This document shows, piece by piece, positions 62,066-64,000 of a stretch of DNA of 64,000 bases (the stretch's first letter is position 1; every line of letters starts with the position of its first letter). Source of the stretch: an uncultured Phycisphaerales bacterium (lineage in GTDB: Bacteria; Planctomycetota; Phycisphaerae; Tepidisphaerales; Tepidisphaeraceae); assembly GCA_963755915.1 (NCBI GenBank), contig CAVWLP010000002.1:1568001-1632000 (forward strand), read 5' to 3'. The position numbers and the translations under genes were made by a program. The notes below the pieces were generated by a model. That model had not been told where the DNA came from. It saw nothing but the letters and a program-made list of their open reading frames with translations, and ran no database searches.

Positions 62066-63085
62066 TCACGGATCGCCTTTCAGATATCTCTGCGCCCAAT
62101 CCCAGGTCATGTCGTAAAAGTTTTCGGTGCTCACTGAGTCTGAGCCGGACGGATGATCCATATTCGGATAAACGGCTAGGGCCTTGATTCCCGGAAGCTG
62201 GTCAAACACCGCCTGGATGGTTTGCGGCGGGCAAGTTGTGTCTTTACCGCCGGCACAAAGGAGCGTGGCGGCATGGTTGCGATGGGCAAGGTTGAGCTGG
62301 TCGAAATAATCGAGCGTTGAAAGATTCTGCGGCGTGAGCGCGTGATATCGGTTCAGCAGCGTCTTGGCGAGAGACTCGTGGGCAACGGCGGCAAGACGCA
62401 TGTCGCACAAAAAAGGTATTCTGGCAACGACCGCCTTGATGCGCGGGTCCAGCGCCGCCACAGCCAGTGCAAGCCCACCGCCCTGGCTTATACCAATCGC
62501 GCCGATGCGGTTCGGATCGACATCGGGCCGTGAGCAGAGATAGTCAACGCCTCGAACCATATCCATGTACGCGCCTTGGTAAAAATATCCTTCCGGGCGA
62601 GAGATGTGCCACGTCAGGAAATCAGGACCGTCGATTTTCCAAAGCTCAGCCGATTCCCCCTGAGACCGCGGGCATACATGCAGAATGACATACCCGCGCA
62701 GCGATTCGCTCAATTCCAGTCCCCATCCGTCGCCGCGATATCCGGGCCCCGTGATAATTGCCGGAAATCTCCGAGGCACTTTGCTTCCGGTGTCGTAAGG
62801 TTTGGCGAGATAGGCGCGAATTTTGACGCCGTCGAGACTTTCATAGGTCACCCTGATTTTCACGTACTGCACCGGCTCATTAACCAGTTCCTCCTGGGCG
62901 TTCAGCGACTTGCTTTCCGTACGCTTTAATGTTCGGCTCCAGAAGTCATCGATTTTGTCACTGCTCGGCCGGTTATCGTTGGCCGGTGGAGTGGATTCAG
63001 CGTGACCAATTTGAGCGACAATTTCTAATAGGGACAGAACGAGCAAGATTGTTCTAATTCGCTCGTTATTTATGAAGCTTCGCAT
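62066..63085 (-). CDS. Secreted acetylxylan esterase/cephalosporin deacetylase-like (CE7) esterase
   Basis: GISQGG nucleophile motif, RIPFLCD, DTTCPP, C-terminal His; signal peptide. Confidence 0.88.
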   Translation of the reverse strand: MRSFINNERIRTILLVLSLLEIVAQIGHAESTPPANDNRPSSDKIDDFWSRTLKRTESKSLNAQEELVNEPVQYVKIRVTYESLDGVKIRAYLAKPYDTGSKVPRRFPAIITGPGYRGDGWGLELSESLRGYVILHVCPRSQGESAELWKIDGPDFLTWHISRPEGYFYQGAYMDMVRGVDYLCSRPDVDPNRIGAIGISQGGGLALAVAALDPRIKAVVARIPFLCDMRLAAVAHESLAKTLLNRYHALTPQNLSTLDYFDQLNLAHRNHAATLLCAGGKDTTCPPQTIQAVFDQLPGIKALAVYPNMDHPSGSDSVSTENFYDMTWDWAQRYLKGDP

Positions 63086-63241
63086 TCGTGGAATTCTACT
63101 TTGAGTTTAGTCCGGTGCGAAAAGCCGCATCTCAACTTCTCTTTCCGCAGCGCAAAAAAGAGATGCTGTTCACATATCGGACACGCAAAACTTACAGATT
63201 GACTGACGGCCTTAATCCATCACACATGAAAAAAAGAGGCT

Positions 63242-63388
63242 GTGACCAACACGTGCAAGCGACACAGGATCAATCCCCAGCGATACCTTGCGCAAATGCT
63301 CTTGAATCTACCGGTGACCCTAATCAGTCAGATTGAGCGGTGGCTGCTGGACAGGTCGAAGTTGCGAAATACCTCGCCGTCAGAATAG
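63242..63388 (+). pseudogene. IS66 TnpC C-terminal remnant
   Basis: Translates VTNTCKRHRINPQRYLAQMLLNLPVTLISQIERWLLDR, resembling the IS66 C-terminal element. Confidence 0.7.
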
Positions 63389-63627
63389 ATTTATCGCTCA
63401 CCAAGATTCCGAAGGCATCCGCCGACGCATGCCGATCTTTGATTTCTCAGATGGTGTCAGCAAATTCCGCAACAAGGTCGGTGACTTAATAATCACCGAA
63501 GAAGCTGTTGTGTCATGGGGCGCGCAAAACCGGCCAATTGAGGGCGCACCAAAACCGGCCATTTTGAGGCACAGGAGATTGGGTTATCGACCTTGGCTTT
63601 CGGCGGTTGCCGCAAGCCAATGGTGGG

Positions 63628-64000
63628 ATGGCCAATCAACTCAAGATGGCGGAAGTACAAGCAATTTTGGCACTTGCGCAGCGGCTGGTCCAATCGGAAC
63701 ATCGCCCGCCAACTCGGCGTTCACCGGGAGACCGTTGGACGCCACATCCGGTTGTCGGGCGGCGATCCTGCGGCGCCCGGATCGGATTCAAAACCGGCCA
63801 GCGCGCCCCTCGGCTCGACGGTGCTCGCCGCAGGCGGCTCGACGGTGCTCGCCGCAGGCGGCTCGACGGTGCTCGCCGCAGGCGGCTCGACGGTGCTCGC
63901 CGCAGGCGGCTCGACGGTGCTCGCCGCAGGCGGCTCGACGGTGCTCGCCGCAGGCGGCTCGACGGTGCTCGCCGCAGGCGGCTCGACGGTGCTCGCCGCA
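63628..64000 (+). CDS. istA: IS21 transposase IstA N-terminus, frameshift near 63681, partial
   Basis: MANQLKMAEVQAILALAQ / GWSNRNIARQLGVHRETVGRHI HTH. Confidence 0.78.
   Translation, partial: MANQLKMAEVQAILALAQRLVQSEHRPPTRRSPGDRWTPHPVVGRRSCGARIGFKTGQRAPRLDGARRRRLDGARRRRLDGARRRRLDGARRRRLDGARRRRLDGARRRRLDGARRRRLDGARR
63812..64000 (+). repeat. Perfect 24-bp tandem repeat (GGCTCGACGGTGCTCGCCGCAGGC), 7 full copies plus a partial one
   Basis: Read directly; no spacers; continues past the window end. Confidence 0.97.

Larger units (their letters stand above)
63511..64000 (+). mobile_element. IS21-family element left end, runs off the window
   Basis: Starts TGTCATGGGGCG; two sub-terminal AAAACCGGCCA repeats; istA follows. 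Confidence 0.8.

Noticed and set aside
63812-64000. CRISPR array
   Set aside because: Units are directly adjacent with no spacers, lie in frame within istA, and no cas genes are present

Overview
GC-rich bacterial DNA, probably from a Phycisphaerae/Tepidisphaerales-type planctomycete. This is inferred from PEP-CTERM proteins with dockerin-like tails, H-X9-DG prepilin-like proteins and membrane proteins ending in CGYDLR-x-TPDRC-x-ECG. Most of the window (~5.8-63.1 kb) is one large accessory locus. Its surface components are 4 PEP-CTERM proteins, 2 pilin-like proteins, 2 FG-GAP repeat proteins and a split ABC-2 system with a HEAT-repeat partner. Its catabolic components are 2 sialidase-fold proteins, a Kelch protein, a sodium:solute symporter, 2 DHDPS/NAL-family aldolases, an RraA aldolase, an enolase-superfamily enzyme, 3 amidase/peptidase families, 2 PLP enzymes, several dehydrogenases, 2 esterases and a PhyH dioxygenase. 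Three GntR-LacI hybrid regulators and an IclR are present, with visible candidate operators. Together this suggests an undescribed system for scavenging sialic-acid-like or other N-acyl amino sugar acids (inference). Notable structures are a ~788-bp apparently identical module shared by two PEP-CTERM genes, a ~1.6-kb direct duplication 41.6 kb apart fused to a truncated IS66, Zn-ribbon membrane genes embedded in IS1-like element remnants, and a perfect 24-bp tandem array inside an IS21 istA. IS630 and IS3 elements are complete; a divergent tyrosine recombinase lies at the left edge. About 15 scattered single-base frameshifts are more likely long-read errors than true pseudogenes. No rRNA, tRNA or CRISPR array was seen.
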